Positions 13,163 through 23,836 of a stretch of 64,000 nt of DNA are shown here, one piece after another. The notes beneath the pieces were generated by a model. It was not told the origin of the DNA, searched no databases, and saw only the letters and a program-made list of their open reading frames with translations. The stretch is taken from positions 1 through 64,000 of the forward strand of contig JBGQEL010000010.1 in assembly GCA_041496385.1 (NCBI GenBank), written 5' to 3'. Origin of the DNA: Candidatus Methylomirabilia bacterium (GTDB lineage: Bacteria > Methylomirabilota > Methylomirabilia > Rokubacteriales > CSP1-6). The position numbers were made by a program, and so were the translations under genes. Within the stretch, counting starts at the first letter, position 1, and each line of letters starts with the position of its first letter.

Positions 13163-13671
13163 GGCCGCACGTCCTCCGCGCCCGCCCCTCGTAGGATTTC
13201 CCGGACGGAGCCGCCGCGGCCCGGCGCCACGTGCACGGCCACCCCGAACCGGTCGCTCGTGAAGCGCGGGTCGTAGCTCGCGCTCGGCTTGAAGCGCGGC
13301 AGCCGCGCGAGCACGACCATGCCGATCAGCGTCGCGATGCCGCCGAAGAGGATCGTCAGCTCGAAGGCGATGACGACGAAGGGCGGAATCGAGACGACCG
13401 GCTTGCCGCCCGTCGTGAGGCTCCACTGCATGGCCGACCAGATGGTCAGGAGGAACCCGGACGCGGTCCCCGTCAGGGCGCCGACGAGCGTGAAGAGGCG
13501 CACACGACTCACGGGACGGTCGCGCTCGACGACGGCCTCGATCTCGTGGATCGGCACGGGCGTGTACACCGTGAGGTCGTGGTACCCCTTCGCCTTGAGG
13601 TCTTCCAGCGCGCGGACCGTCGTGTCCACGTGCGCGAAGACGCCGAGGATCGTCTCAGTGGTGGCTGGCAT
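13159..13671 (-). CDS. actD: alternative complex III subunit ActD (DUF3341-like)
   Basis: YTPVPIHE, GGKP, FELTILF, YDPRFTSDRF; two TM helices. Confidence 0.88.
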   Translation of the reverse strand: MPATTETILGVFAHVDTTVRALEDLKAKGYHDLTVYTPVPIHEIEAVVERDRPVSRVRLFTLVGALTGTASGFLLTIWSAMQWSLTTGGKPVVSIPPFVVIAFELTILFGGIATLIGMVVLARLPRFKPSASYDPRFTSDRFGVAVHVAPGRGGSVREILRGAGAEDVRP

Positions 13672-15010
13672 GGGCGCGGTCCCGCAGCGGCGGCGGGAGC
13701 GTCTCCTTGACCTCGACGATCGAGAGCGACGGCATCAGCTTGATGAAGCCCAGGAAGAGCAGGAAGAACCACGCGAAGCTGCCGATCACGATCGCGGTGT
13801 CCGTCGGGCTCGGGTAGTAGATCCCCCACGTGTACGGGTAGAAGTCGTGGGCGAGCCCCGGGACGATGATGTTGAACCGCTCGAACCACATGCCGATGAG
13901 CACGAGAATCGAGACGACGTAGAGGATCGTCGTGTTCGTTCGCGCCTTCTTCCAGAACAGAATCAGCGGCGCGACGCAGTTGCAGAAGTACATGGTCCAG
14001 AGCGCCCACGCGTAGGACTTCGTCACCTTCCAGAAGAGCGAGGCCTTCTCGAAGTGGTCGCCGCTGTAGACGGCGGTGAAGATCTCGCAGACGTAGAAAT
14101 AGGTCAGCACGAGGCCGGTCACCAGGATGAGCCGCGCCATCGCGTCCAGGTGCTTGTCCTGGATGTACGCGTGGAGCTTGAAGTAGTGCCGCATCGGCAG
14201 GACCAGCACGACGACCATCGCGAAGCCGGAGAAGATCGCCCCGTCCACGAAGAACGGCGCGAACAGGGTCGAGTGCCAGCCAGGGACCAGCGCCATCGCG
14301 AAGTCCCAGGACACGACGCTGTGGACGGACAGGACGAGCGGCGTCGCCAGCGCGGCCAAGAGGCCGTACGCGCGCCGGTAGTGCCGCCACTGCGAGTCCG
14401 CGCCCTCCCAGCCGAGCGCGAGCATCGCGTAGATCCGTCGCCGCCAGCCGGTCGAGGCGTCGCGCAGCGCCGCGATGTCGGGCACGAGCCCGACGATGAA
14501 GAACACCGTGGAGATCGACAGGTAGGTCGAGATCGCGAAGACGTCCCAGACGAGCGGCGAGCGGAAGTTCGGCCAGAGGTAGCGCTGGTTCGGATAGGGC
14601 AGCAGGAAGTACGCGAACCACATGCGGCCCGCGTGGATCAGCGGGAAGAGCCCGGCCGTCAGGACGGCGAAGATCGTCATCGCCTCGGCGGCGCGGTAGA
14701 TCGAGGTCCGCCAGCGCGCGCGGAACAGGTACAGGACCGCCGAGATGAGCGTGCCCGCATGCCCGATGCCGATCCAGAAGACGAACGTGGTGATGTACAT
14801 CGCCCACATCTGGGGCGTGCGCTTGCCCGCCATGCCCATGCCCCACCAGATCTGCCCGGCCCACGCGGTGAAGCCCGTCGCGAGGACCAGCGCGACGACG
14901 CTCATCCAGGCGAAGTAGAGGCGGCCCGGCGGGTCGAGCGTACGGAGGACGTCGCGGTTGACGTCCGCGAACGTCGGTGTCGTGGTCGGGCCGTCGCCCG
15001 CGGCGCTCAT
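13655..15010 (-). CDS. actC: alternative complex III NrfD-family quinol-binding subunit ActC
   Basis: FVFWIGIGHAGTLISA, NFRSPLVWD, SVHSVVSWDFA, MWFERF; ATG 15010. Confidence 0.92.
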   Translation of the reverse strand: MSAAGDGPTTTPTFADVNRDVLRTLDPPGRLYFAWMSVVALVLATGFTAWAGQIWWGMGMAGKRTPQMWAMYITTFVFWIGIGHAGTLISAVLYLFRARWRTSIYRAAEAMTIFAVLTAGLFPLIHAGRMWFAYFLLPYPNQRYLWPNFRSPLVWDVFAISTYLSISTVFFIVGLVPDIAALRDASTGWRRRIYAMLALGWEGADSQWRHYRRAYGLLAALATPLVLSVHSVVSWDFAMALVPGWHSTLFAPFFVDGAIFSGFAMVVVLVLPMRHYFKLHAYIQDKHLDAMARLILVTGLVLTYFYVCEIFTAVYSGDHFEKASLFWKVTKSYAWALWTMYFCNCVAPLILFWKKARTNTTILYVVSILVLIGMWFERFNIIVPGLAHDFYPYTWGIYYPSPTDTAIVIGSFAWFFLLFLGFIKLMPSLSIVEVKETLPPPLRDRAHASHH

Positions 15011-17904
15011 GCGTGCCCCCGGACGACCTTCTTGAGGTAGGTCACGGACGGCCGCGTGCCGAGCTCGTCGAGCACGTCGTAGGCGCGCGGCGCGTGGACG
15101 AGCTGGGCGAGCGCGCCCTTGCCGTCCTTGAGGTTCCCGAAGGTGATCGCCCGCGTCGGGCACGTCTGCTGGCAGGCGGTCACGATGTCGCCGTCCCGCA
15201 CGGGGCGCTTCTCGTCCTTCGCGTGGTCCTTGCCGGCGACGATGCGCTGGATGCACATCGTGCACTTCTCCATGACGCCGAGCTGGCGGACCGTGACGTC
15301 GGGGTTCAGCTGCACGTCGAGCGGTGTGGGGAACTCGTAGTTGAACCAGTTGAAGCGCCGGACGTGGTACGGGCAGTTGTTCCCGCAGTAGCGCGTGCCG
15401 ACGCACCGGTTGTAGACCTGACCGTTCAGCCCCTCCTCCGTGCGGTACGCGGCGAAGACCGGACAGACGGGCTCGCACGGCGCAACCTCGCAATGCTGAC
15501 AGAGCATCGGCAGGAAGGCGCTCGTGGATTGCTCCGCCTTGCCCTCGGCCCAGCGCTCGATGCGGATCCAGTGGAGCTGCCGGCCGTAGGCGGCCTGCGC
15601 CTTGCCGACGACCGGCACGTTGTTCTCGGCGTGGCAGGCGACCACGCACGCCTGGCAGCCGATGCAGGCGTCCACGTCGATGGCGAGCCCCCAGCGGTAT
15701 CCGGGATAGACCTTCTCGGGGTACATGCTGATGGGCCGCTCCGGCTCGCGCCGGCCGCGCAGGGCCTCCTCGCGCGCCGCGCGCAGGTCCACGTGCTGGA
15801 CCAGCTCGCGATCGTCCTGATCGTGCGTGGCCTGCAGGATCGCGAGCGGGCGCCGCGCGCCCGTCTTCGTGAGCGTCACGCGCACGCCGAGATAGACGGG
15901 GCCGCCCGACGCCGCGTCCGGGGCGCCCGACAGCAGCGCGACCGGGTTCAGCGGCGTCGGCGGCGCCGCGACGTAGCGCGGCACGTGGTATGCGGCGTAG
16001 CGATGGCCGATCGGGATCGCGACGGCCTGGCCGTGGAGCGTCGTCGAGACGTACGCGGGCAGCTCGATCGCGCCGTGCGGCGACGCGACGCGCAGCACGT
16101 CGCCCGTGACGACGCCGAGCGCCGCCGCCGTGGCGGCCGGCACCTCGACCCAGGCGTCCCAGACGGCCTGCGTCATCGTGTCGGGCGCCTCCTGGAGCCA
16201 CGCGCGGCTCGCGCCCCGCCCGTCGTAGAACCGGAACGAGGGATACGCGAGCAGGGCCAGGCCGGCCGCATCGCCCTCGAGCTTCACCGGCGCGGGCTCG
16301 AGCGCGACGGGCTTCGCGGTGACCGGCGCGACCGTGACGTCCCGCCAGAGACCGCCCTGCCGCAGCGCCGCGGCCCACTCGCCCTTGACGACGGGCTCCC
16401 ACACGGACTTGAGGTATTGCTCGAACGACCCCCACGGGAGCGGCCCCTTGCCCTCCTCGGTGCCGAGGACGGCGCGCGCGATCGCCAGCAGCGTGTCGCC
16501 CATCGGCTTGGCCTCGCGCGCGGGCGACATCGTGGGCTGCATGAGGCCCGTCACGCCCTCGCGGGGCGTGTAGTCGCCCCACGACTCGAGCCAGTGCGTG
16601 TCGGGCAGGACGAGGCCCGCGAGGGCGGTCGTCTCGTCGGGTACGCTCGCGAAGCTGACGACGAGACCTGCCTTGCGGATCGCGGCGCCGACCTTGAGGC
16701 CGCCCGGAAGTGTGAAGGCCGGGTTGACGCCCGGGCCGAGCAGGAGGAGCTTGATCTCACCACGCTCCATCGCCTTCGCGAGCTCGACCACCTCGGCGTA
16801 CGGTGTCACCTTGCCGTACGCGGCGTCGGGACCGAAGCGCACCGTCCGGCCGATGTTCCCGGCCGCGGCGTTGAGGAGATTGATCGCCACCAGCGTGTCG
16901 GTGGCGTTGGATCCCGTCACGGCGACGCCGCCGCCGACCGCGAGCCCGGGCTTGGCGTGACCGAACACCTCGGCGACGTGCTTGATCCGCGCGATGGGCA
17001 CGCCGCTCTGCTCGGAGACGCGCGTCAGGTCCACCTTCGCCACCGCGTCGGCGAAGCGACGGTCGGCGAGGCCCTCCTCGACCATCACCCGGAGCACGGC
17101 GAGCGCCAGCATCCCCTCGGTGCCGGGCGCGTTGCGCAGCCACTCGTCGGCGTTCGCCGCCGTGAGCGACTGCCGGGGCTCGACGTGAATGACCGTTCCG
17201 GCGCGCCCGTCCCGGAACGTGTGCATCCGGCCGAACCCCGTGGCGTGCCCCACGTTGGAGAGCCACGTCTCGAGGAAGTCGGCGCCGAACGAGAGCACCA
17301 CCTCGGCGTCCTCGAACGCATGGTACGGGATCGCGTCGCGACCGAAGGTGACCCGGTTCGCCGCGCGGATCGCCTCGTAGCCGAAGGGCTCCAGCGTCAC
17401 GCGCGGCCGCGCGCCGACCGCCTGGCCCCAGCGGTCCACGAGAGCGCCGAGGCTGCCGTTCTCGAGCTGCGTGACCACCGCGATCGCGCGCCCCTGGCCG
17501 CCGGCCCTGAGCGCGGCGATCGTGTCGCTCACCTGCTTGATCCCGGCCTCCCAGCTCACCGGCTTGACGCCACGCCCCTCGGGGACACCGGGTCCGGCGA
17601 AGCGGTCCGGGTGGTAGAGCCCCTGCAGCGCGGCCTGCCCGCGGACGCAGAGCGCGCCCTGGTTGACCGGATGGTCGGGGTTCCCCTCGAGCTTCACCAC
17701 GCGACCGTCGCGGTTTCGCGCGAGGACGCCGCAGCCGGCCGGGCACTCGCGGCAGACGGTCGCGAACCACGCCGCGACGCCCGGCACGAGCTGCTCGTTC
17801 GGCACGACCAGCGGGAGGATGCGCTCCGTCGTCTGCTGACAGCCCGCGACCGTTGCGCTCGCACCGCTCGCGGCCACGATCTTGAAGAAGTCGCGTCGGT
17901 TCAT
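15007..17904 (-). CDS. actB: alternative complex III subunit ActB (molybdopterin-oxidoreductase-like domain + Fe-S domain)
   Basis: Tat signal NRRDFFK with Cys lipobox; C-terminal CIGCQACVVAC, CQHC..PC..VCP, CVGTRYCGNNCPY, KCTMC..CQQTCP. Confidence 0.9.
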   Translation of the reverse strand: MNRRDFFKIVAASGASATVAGCQQTTERILPLVVPNEQLVPGVAAWFATVCRECPAGCGVLARNRDGRVVKLEGNPDHPVNQGALCVRGQAALQGLYHPDRFAGPGVPEGRGVKPVSWEAGIKQVSDTIAALRAGGQGRAIAVVTQLENGSLGALVDRWGQAVGARPRVTLEPFGYEAIRAANRVTFGRDAIPYHAFEDAEVVLSFGADFLETWLSNVGHATGFGRMHTFRDGRAGTVIHVEPRQSLTAANADEWLRNAPGTEGMLALAVLRVMVEEGLADRRFADAVAKVDLTRVSEQSGVPIARIKHVAEVFGHAKPGLAVGGGVAVTGSNATDTLVAINLLNAAAGNIGRTVRFGPDAAYGKVTPYAEVVELAKAMERGEIKLLLLGPGVNPAFTLPGGLKVGAAIRKAGLVVSFASVPDETTALAGLVLPDTHWLESWGDYTPREGVTGLMQPTMSPAREAKPMGDTLLAIARAVLGTEEGKGPLPWGSFEQYLKSVWEPVVKGEWAAALRQGGLWRDVTVAPVTAKPVALEPAPVKLEGDAAGLALLAYPSFRFYDGRGASRAWLQEAPDTMTQAVWDAWVEVPAATAAALGVVTGDVLRVASPHGAIELPAYVSTTLHGQAVAIPIGHRYAAYHVPRYVAAPPTPLNPVALLSGAPDAASGGPVYLGVRVTLTKTGARRPLAILQATHDQDDRELVQHVDLRAAREEALRGRREPERPISMYPEKVYPGYRWGLAIDVDACIGCQACVVACHAENNVPVVGKAQAAYGRQLHWIRIERWAEGKAEQSTSAFLPMLCQHCEVAPCEPVCPVFAAYRTEEGLNGQVYNRCVGTRYCGNNCPYHVRRFNWFNYEFPTPLDVQLNPDVTVRQLGVMEKCTMCIQRIVAGKDHAKDEKRPVRDGDIVTACQQTCPTRAITFGNLKDGKGALAQLVHAPRAYDVLDELGTRPSVTYLKKVVRGHA

Positions 17905-17911
17905 CGCGCGC

Positions 17912-18502
17912 TCAATGGTGGCAGGTGACGCAGTCGAGCGGCGCCTGCTTGCCCGCCTTCGCGTTCTGCTCCCGGTGGCAGTCGATGCACCAGCCCATCG
18001 ACAGCGGAGGCGCGGCCGGCCGGAAGCCGGCCAGGTTCAACAGGTCGTTCGCGATCCGCGGCCCGGTCTCCGCCGCGAAGGTCGTCATCGTCTCGACCGG
18101 ACCGTGGCACTTCTGGCATGGGATCTCGGCGCGGATGTGCGCCTTGTGCGGAAAGTAGGTGAACTCGGGGAGCTTGTTCACGCGCACCCACGGGATCGGC
18201 TCCTGCTTGGCGGCGTACTCGGCCAGCTTCTTGATCTCCGGGCGGTCGGCGGCGGTTATCCTGTGACACCCGAGGCAGCGCGTCACCGACGGCAACCCGG
18301 CGTACTCCGAGCGTCGTGCGTCGCTGTGACAGTACTGGCAGTCGATCTTGTACGTCTGGACGTGCGTGTTGTGCGGGAACTCGATCGGCTGGATGGAGGC
18401 CTTCGCGACTGCGGGCTGGCGACTCCACGACGCGACGGCCAGGAAGATCAGAATGGCGAGGAGCACGACACCCAGTGCTCCAACGCCCGCCTTTGCGCCC
18501 AT
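17912..18502 (-). CDS. actA: alternative complex III pentaheme cytochrome c ActA
   Basis: N-terminal TM helix; five CxxCH (CQYCH, CLGCH, CQKCH, CIDCH, CVTCH). Confidence 0.88.
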   Translation of the reverse strand: MGAKAGVGALGVVLLAILIFLAVASWSRQPAVAKASIQPIEFPHNTHVQTYKIDCQYCHSDARRSEYAGLPSVTRCLGCHRITAADRPEIKKLAEYAAKQEPIPWVRVNKLPEFTYFPHKAHIRAEIPCQKCHGPVETMTTFAAETGPRIANDLLNLAGFRPAAPPLSMGWCIDCHREQNAKAGKQAPLDCVTCHH

Positions 18503-18538
18503 CGACAGTCGATCGCCCTCCGGGGGATTGGGTAGTGC

Positions 18539-18574
18539 TTGTGAAGCCTATCACCCGCCCCGCGATTGCGTCAA
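18539..18574 (-). promoter_or_regulatory. act operon promoter with overlapping Rex/CRP-like site
   Basis: TTGACG (18574-18569)-18 nt-TAGGCT (18550-18545); plus-strand TTGTGAAGCCTATCACCC (18539-18556) spans the -10. Confidence 0.55.
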
Positions 18575-18590
18575 TCCTTAAGGGCCGTTC

Positions 18591-19868
18591 CTAGGGGCGC
18601 ATCAGGGCCTCGGCGGCCGCCCGTGCGGCGAGCTCGACGTCCGCCTCCGTGTGCGCGAGCGACACGAACGCCGCCTCGAACTGCGAGGGCGCCAGGAACA
18701 CGCCGCGCTCCCGCATTGCGTGAAAGTAGCGGGCGTAGCGCTTCGTGTCGCTCCGCTTCGCGGAGGCGTAGTCGGTCACCGGCCCGTCGCAGAAGAACGC
18801 CGTCAGCATCGAGCCCACCCGGTTCACGGTGAGCGGGACTCCCGCCGCCTGCGCTGCGTGCCGCAGCCCGAGCTCGAGCTGCGCACCGCGCGCCTCGAGC
18901 GTCGCGTACGCCGACCGGTCCGCGAGGACCCGGAGGGTGGCGAGCCCCGCCGCGACGGCCAGCGGGTTCCCCGACAGCGTGCCCGCCTGGTACACGGAGC
19001 CGAGCGGTGCCACGTGGCTCATGACCGCCCGCGAGCCGCCGTAGGCGCCCACGGGCATGCCGCCACCGATGATCTTGCCGAGGCAGGTGAGATCGGGCCG
19101 GACGCCGTAGAGCTCCTGGGCGCCGCCGTACGTCACCCGGAAGCCGGTGATGACCTCGTCGAAGATCAGGAGCGCGCCGTGCTCGCGGGTGATCGCGCGG
19201 AGCCCCGCAAGAAAGCCGGGCGCCGGCGGTACCACGCCCATGTTCCCGGCCACCGGCTCGACGATGACCGCCGCGATCTCCGTCCCGCGCTCGCGGAAGA
19301 CGGCGCGGACGGCCTCGAGGTCGTTGAAGGGCGCCGTCAGCGTGAGCCCGGCCAGGGGCGCCGGGACGCCGGCGCTGTCCGGGATCGAAAAGGTCGCGCC
19401 GCCCGAGCCCGCCTTCACGAGCAGGCTGTCGGCGTGGCCGTGGTAGCAGCCGTCGAATTTCAGCAGCAGCGGCCGGCCCGTGGCGCCCCGCGCGACGCGG
19501 ATCGCGCTCATCGCCGCCTCGGTCCCGGAGCTCACGAGGCGGACGAGCTCGACCGACGGGTACGCGGCCGTGATCGCCTCGGCCATCTCGACCTCGAGGG
19601 GCGTCGGCGCGCCGTAGCTCGTCCCCCGCGCCGCCGCCGCGGTGATCGCCTCCACGACGCTCTTCGGCGCGTGGCCGAGGATTAGCGGCCCCCACGATCC
19701 GAGGAAGTCGACGTACTCGCGCCCGTCGACGTCCCAGATCCGTGCGCCCGCGCCGCGGTCGACGAAGAAGGGCTCGCCGCCGACGCCGCGGAAGGCGCGC
19801 ACGGGGCTGTTCACCCCTCCCGGGATCACGCTGCACGCGCGCTCCCACAGCCCCTTGGAGTCCGTCAT
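18591..19868 (-). CDS. hemL: glutamate-1-semialdehyde 2,1-aminomutase
   Basis: [50 protein letters not shown] 19868. Confidence 0.96.
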   Translation of the reverse strand: MTDSKGLWERACSVIPGGVNSPVRAFRGVGGEPFFVDRGAGARIWDVDGREYVDFLGSWGPLILGHAPKSVVEAITAAAARGTSYGAPTPLEVEMAEAITAAYPSVELVRLVSSGTEAAMSAIRVARGATGRPLLLKFDGCYHGHADSLLVKAGSGGATFSIPDSAGVPAPLAGLTLTAPFNDLEAVRAVFRERGTEIAAVIVEPVAGNMGVVPPAPGFLAGLRAITREHGALLIFDEVITGFRVTYGGAQELYGVRPDLTCLGKIIGGGMPVGAYGGSRAVMSHVAPLGSVYQAGTLSGNPLAVAAGLATLRVLADRSAYATLEARGAQLELGLRHAAQAAGVPLTVNRVGSMLTAFFCDGPVTDYASAKRSDTKRYARYFHAMRERGVFLAPSQFEAAFVSLAHTEADVELAARAAAEALMRP

Positions 19869-20344
19869 GTCCGCTCTCTCCTCCCGCCGGCCGTCTCGAG
19901 GCCGAGGTCCACCGGCAGAAAATCGCGTCGCGCGCCGTCCCAGCGGAACGCGGCGACCGTCTCCACCCGCCCGCCGGCGACCGACGTCACCACGTAAGTC
20001 GCGCCCGGATAGGCGGGCTCGCCGCCGATCAGGGCCTGACGCTTGTCGGTGTCGGAGAAGTAGGCGCCGGCGTCCACGTGGGAGTGGTAGATGACCTCCA
20101 CCCCGAAGCCCTCCACTTCGAGCCGCGCGATCCGCAGCAGATCGGCGGCGTCGATGTAGTACGCCGTCCGCGCGTCGCGCGGATGCCGGAGGGGATCCCT
20201 GGCGTGGAGCTCGTTCTGGGCGTTCTTGCAGCGCACGAGGCGTCGCTCCGCACCGCGCGCGACGACCACCCCGCACGACTCGTGCGGATACTCCTCGAGC
20301 GCCTGACCACGGATCGCCTCCAGCTCCTCCGGTGTCAGGATCAC
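19865..20344 (-). CDS. JAMM/Mov34 (Mec+-like) metallopeptidase
   Basis: YPHESCG and IYHSH...FSDTD JAMM motif; next to sulfur carrier. Confidence 0.9.
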   Translation of the reverse strand: MILTPEELEAIRGQALEEYPHESCGVVVARGAERRLVRCKNAQNELHARDPLRHPRDARTAYYIDAADLLRIARLEVEGFGVEVIYHSHVDAGAYFSDTDKRQALIGGEPAYPGATYVVTSVAGGRVETVAAFRWDGARRDFLPVDLGLETAGGRRERT

Positions 20345-20622
20345 CGGCCGCCGCCCGCCAGGGCGGGAATGATCGCCAGCTCGTCGCCGTCCCGGAGCGG
20401 CGTGGAGAGCCCCTGGAGCGCCTCGATCGCCTCGTCGTTCACGTAGATGTTCACGTGGTGATGGACCTCGCCGCCCTCGTTGCGGACGAGCCCGCGGAGC
20501 CCGGTGAACGCGCCCTCGAGCTCGTCGAGGACGCCGCCGACGGTCGTCGCGGCCGCCTGCACGCGGTCCTTGTTGTTCGTCGCCCTGCGGAACGGCGTCG
20601 GGATATAGATGGTCACGGCCAT
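20341..20622 (-). CDS. MoaD/ThiS/CysO-family ubiquitin-like sulfur carrier
   Basis: [26 protein letters not shown]-terminus. Confidence 0.9.
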   Translation of the reverse strand: MAVTIYIPTPFRRATNNKDRVQAAATTVGGVLDELEGAFTGLRGLVRNEGGEVHHHVNIYVNDEAIEALQGLSTPLRDGDELAIIPALAGGGR

Positions 20623-20641
20623 GCCTCGTCTCCTCGGACGC

Positions 20642-21559
20642 TCAGCCCTGGCTGAGGTAGCGCTCCCCGGTATCGGGCAGCACGGTCACGACGAGCTGCT
20701 CGGCCGCGAGCTCGGCGGCGACCGCGCACGCGGCGAACGCCGCGGCGCCCGCCGAGACGCCGACCAGCAGCCCCTCCTCGCGCGCCAGCCGCCGCGACCA
20801 CGCGAGCGCGTCCTCGTCGCGGACCTGGATGATGCGATCGATGACGTCGCGATTCAAAACGCCTGGGACGAACGACGCGCCGATCCCCTGGATCGCGTGC
20901 GGGCGCGCCTTGCCTCCCGACAGCACGGGCGACTTCGCCGGCTCGACGGCGATCACGCGAACGCCCGGGACCTTCTCCTTCAGCACCTCGCCCACGCCGG
21001 TCAGCGTGCCCCCCGTGCCGACGCCCGCCACGAACGCGTCGAGCCGGCCGCCGACGGCATCGAGAATCTCGAGCGCGGTGGTGCGCCGGTGGGCCTCGGG
21101 GTTCGCGGGATTCTGGAACTGCTGCGGCATGAAGTAGTCGGGGTGCTCGCGCAGGAGCTCCTGCGCCGCGTGAACGGCGCCCGTCATCCCCTCGATCGCG
21201 GGCGTCAGGTGGAGCTCGGCGCCGAATCGCGCCAGGAGCCGCTGGCGCTCCACGCTCATGTCGTCGGGCATCGTGAGAATGAGACGGTAGCCCTTGACCG
21301 CGGCCACCATGGCCAGCCCGACGCCGGTGTTGCCGCTCGTGGGCTCGACGATGGTCGACCCGGCCTTGAGCAGGCCGCGTCCCTCCGCATCGTCCAGCAT
21401 CGCGACGGCGATCCGGTCCTTGACGCTCCCGCCCGGGTTGACGGACTCGAGCTTGGCGACGACACGCGCGCCGTCCGGCCTCGGCAGGCGGTTCAGCCGG
21501 ACGAGCGGCGTCCGGCCGATCAGCTCGAGCACGCTCGCGGCGATCTTCGGCCGGGTCAT
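20642..21559 (-). CDS. cysK: cysteine synthase (PLP)
   Basis: [40 protein letters not shown]. Confidence 0.92.
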   Translation of the reverse strand: MTRPKIAASVLELIGRTPLVRLNRLPRPDGARVVAKLESVNPGGSVKDRIAVAMLDDAEGRGLLKAGSTIVEPTSGNTGVGLAMVAAVKGYRLILTMPDDMSVERQRLLARFGAELHLTPAIEGMTGAVHAAQELLREHPDYFMPQQFQNPANPEAHRRTTALEILDAVGGRLDAFVAGVGTGGTLTGVGEVLKEKVPGVRVIAVEPAKSPVLSGGKARPHAIQGIGASFVPGVLNRDVIDRIIQVRDEDALAWSRRLAREEGLLVGVSAGAAAFAACAVAAELAAEQLVVTVLPDTGERYLSQG

Positions 21560-21999
21560 ATGTGGTACATCGGCCGGGCGGCGCTCCGGCGCGCCCGCGC
21601 GCGTTCGGCGAGGTCGCCGAAGCTGACCCGGTCCACGACCTCGGAGACGGCCGTCGAGATCTCGCCCCAGAGCTCGCCCAGGTCGACCGTCTCGCCGCCG
21701 TTTCGTCCGCCCGGCCGGCGCTGCGTCTCGATGGGCGACTGGACGCCCTCGACCGCCCGGAGAACGTCGCCCACGCTGATCTGCTCGGGCGGGCGCGTCA
21801 GGAGGTAGCCGCCGGCCGACCCGCGCTTGGAGCCGAGGATCCCGGCACGCTTGAGCGAGAGCAGCACCTGCTCGAGGTATCGCTGCGGGATCCTCTGGCG
21901 GGCGGCGATGTCCTGGATCGGCACGAGCCCGTGCCCGTCGCCGAGCGACAGATCCAGCACCGCCAGGATCGCGTACTCCCCTTTGGCCGAGATCCTCAC
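21556..21999 (-). CDS. Rrf2-family regulator (CymR-like, no Fe-S cysteines)
   Basis: [29 protein letters not shown] 21999 overlaps hemB stop. Confidence 0.88.
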   Translation of the reverse strand: MRISAKGEYAILAVLDLSLGDGHGLVPIQDIAARQRIPQRYLEQVLLSLKRAGILGSKRGSAGGYLLTRPPEQISVGDVLRAVEGVQSPIETQRRPGGRNGGETVDLGELWGEISTAVSEVVDRVSFGDLAERARARRSAARPMYHI

Positions 22000-22985
22000 C
22001 GCTCGCCCCGGCCGCTCTCCAGGAGTCGCGCCGCTTCCTTGGCGAAGTAGGTGATGACGACGTCGGCGCCGGCGCGTCGGATCGCGGTGAGCGCCTCCAG
22101 CATCGCGCGCTCTTCGTCGAGCCAGCCGAGCTGACCCGCGGCGCGGATCATCGCGTACTCGCCCGAGACCGAGTACGCGGCGAGCGGCACGCCGAACTCC
22201 GCCTTCGCCCGCGCGATCACGTCCAGGTACGGCAGCGCCGGCTTGACCATCACGATATCCGCGCCCTCGTCGAGGTCGAGCGCGATCTCGCGCATCGCCT
22301 CCAGGCTGTTGGCCGGGTCCATCTGATACGAGCGCCGGTCGCCGAACTGCGGCGCGGACTCCGCCGCATCCCGGAACGGCCCGTAGAAGCTCGAGGCGTA
22401 CTTGGCCGAGTAGGCCATGATCGGGGTGTCGCTGAAGCTGGCCTCGTCGAGCGCCTCGCGGATGGCGCCCACGCGGCCGTCCATCATGTCCGAGGGCGCC
22501 ACCATGTCGGCGCCCGCCTCGGCGTGGGAGACGGCGACGCGGGCCAGGAGCTCGATCGTCGGATCGTTCCTGACGCTGCCGCCCTCGACGACCCCGCAGT
22601 GGCCATGGCTCGTGTACTGACAGAGGCAGACGTCGGTCACGATGAGCAGGTCGGGCACGACGTCCTTCACGGCGCGCGACGCCTGCTGCACGATGCCGTC
22701 GTCGGCCCACGCCTCCGAGCCGCGCGGGTCCTTCTCGGCCGGCAGGCCGAAGAGCAGCACGGCGGGTATCCCCAGGCTCGCGACGTCCTTGACGTCCTTG
22801 ACCAGCTCGTCGATCGAGAGCCGGAACTGCCCCGGCATGGAGCCGATGGGCTCGCGGACGCCCCGGCCGTGGACGACGAAGAGCGGGTAGATCAGGTCGT
22901 CGGCGGCGAGCCGCGTTTCGCGCACGAGCTTTCTCAGGAGCGACTTCTCGCGTAGACGCCTCGGACGGAACATCGCATGGGCCAT
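21996..22985 (-). CDS. hemB: porphobilinogen synthase
   Basis: [37 protein letters not shown] 22985. Confidence 0.96.
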   Translation of the reverse strand: MAHAMFRPRRLREKSLLRKLVRETRLAADDLIYPLFVVHGRGVREPIGSMPGQFRLSIDELVKDVKDVASLGIPAVLLFGLPAEKDPRGSEAWADDGIVQQASRAVKDVVPDLLIVTDVCLCQYTSHGHCGVVEGGSVRNDPTIELLARVAVSHAEAGADMVAPSDMMDGRVGAIREALDEASFSDTPIMAYSAKYASSFYGPFRDAAESAPQFGDRRSYQMDPANSLEAMREIALDLDEGADIVMVKPALPYLDVIARAKAEFGVPLAAYSVSGEYAMIRAAGQLGWLDEERAMLEALTAIRRAGADVVITYFAKEAARLLESGRGER

Positions 22986-23836
22986 CAGTCGCCCCTCCTG
23001 CCACGGCGTGCGGGATTTTTCGGCAGCCGGGAGAAATAGTCGGCGAGCGCCCGCGCCAGCGCGGGGATCGTGTACTCGCTCGGCATCACGTCCGTCGCGA
23101 GGCCGTACTCGGCCGCGGTCGCGGCTGTGATCGGTCCGATGGACGCGACGGCCACGCGGCCGTGCCAGGCACGGCGCTCTTCCGCACTGAACAGCTCGGC
23201 GAAGTTGCGCGCCGTGGACGAGCTCGTGAACGTGACCGCGTCCACGGCGCCCTTGGCGAGCGCCTCGCGCACCCGCTCCACGCCGTTCTCGACGCGACGG
23301 GTCTGGTAGGCCGGCACCTCGGTCACCGTGGCGCCGAGCCGGCGAAGCTCCAGGACCAGGACGTCGCGGGTTTCCTTGGCCCGCGGCAGCAAGACCCGGT
23401 CGCCGGGCGCGAGCGTCGCCCGCAGCCGCTCGACGAGCGCCTCCGCCCGATACTCGCGCGGCACCGCCTCGACCCGCACGCCGTGCTCGGCGAGCGCCTC
23501 CGCCGTCGCCGGACCGATGGCCGCGACGCGCCGCCGCGCCAGCCCCGCCCAGCCGAGGCCGCGGGTCGAGAGCCGCTTGTCCACCATGAGCACGCCGTTG
23601 ACGCTCGTGAAGATCACCCAGGCGAAGGTGTCGAGCGCCGCGAGCGCCGCGTCGAGCGGCTCCCACGACGGCGGCGGCTCGATCGCGATCGTCGGCGCCT
23701 GGACGACCCGCGCGCCGGCGTCCTCCAGGAGCTGCACGAACCGCTGCGCCTGCGCGGCGGCGCGGGTGACGACGATCGTCCGCCCCGCCAGCGGTCCGGC
23801 TCCCGTCGCGCGCGCGGTCCGGGCCATCGAGCTCAC
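22985..23836 (-). CDS. hemD: uroporphyrinogen-III synthase
   Basis: [27 protein letters not shown]; start 23836 or 23827. Confidence 0.9.
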   Translation of the reverse strand: MSSMARTARATGAGPLAGRTIVVTRAAAQAQRFVQLLEDAGARVVQAPTIAIEPPPSWEPLDAALAALDTFAWVIFTSVNGVLMVDKRLSTRGLGWAGLARRRVAAIGPATAEALAEHGVRVEAVPREYRAEALVERLRATLAPGDRVLLPRAKETRDVLVLELRRLGATVTEVPAYQTRRVENGVERVREALAKGAVDAVTFTSSSTARNFAELFSAEERRAWHGRVAVASIGPITAATAAEYGLATDVMPSEYTIPALARALADYFSRLPKNPARRGRRGD

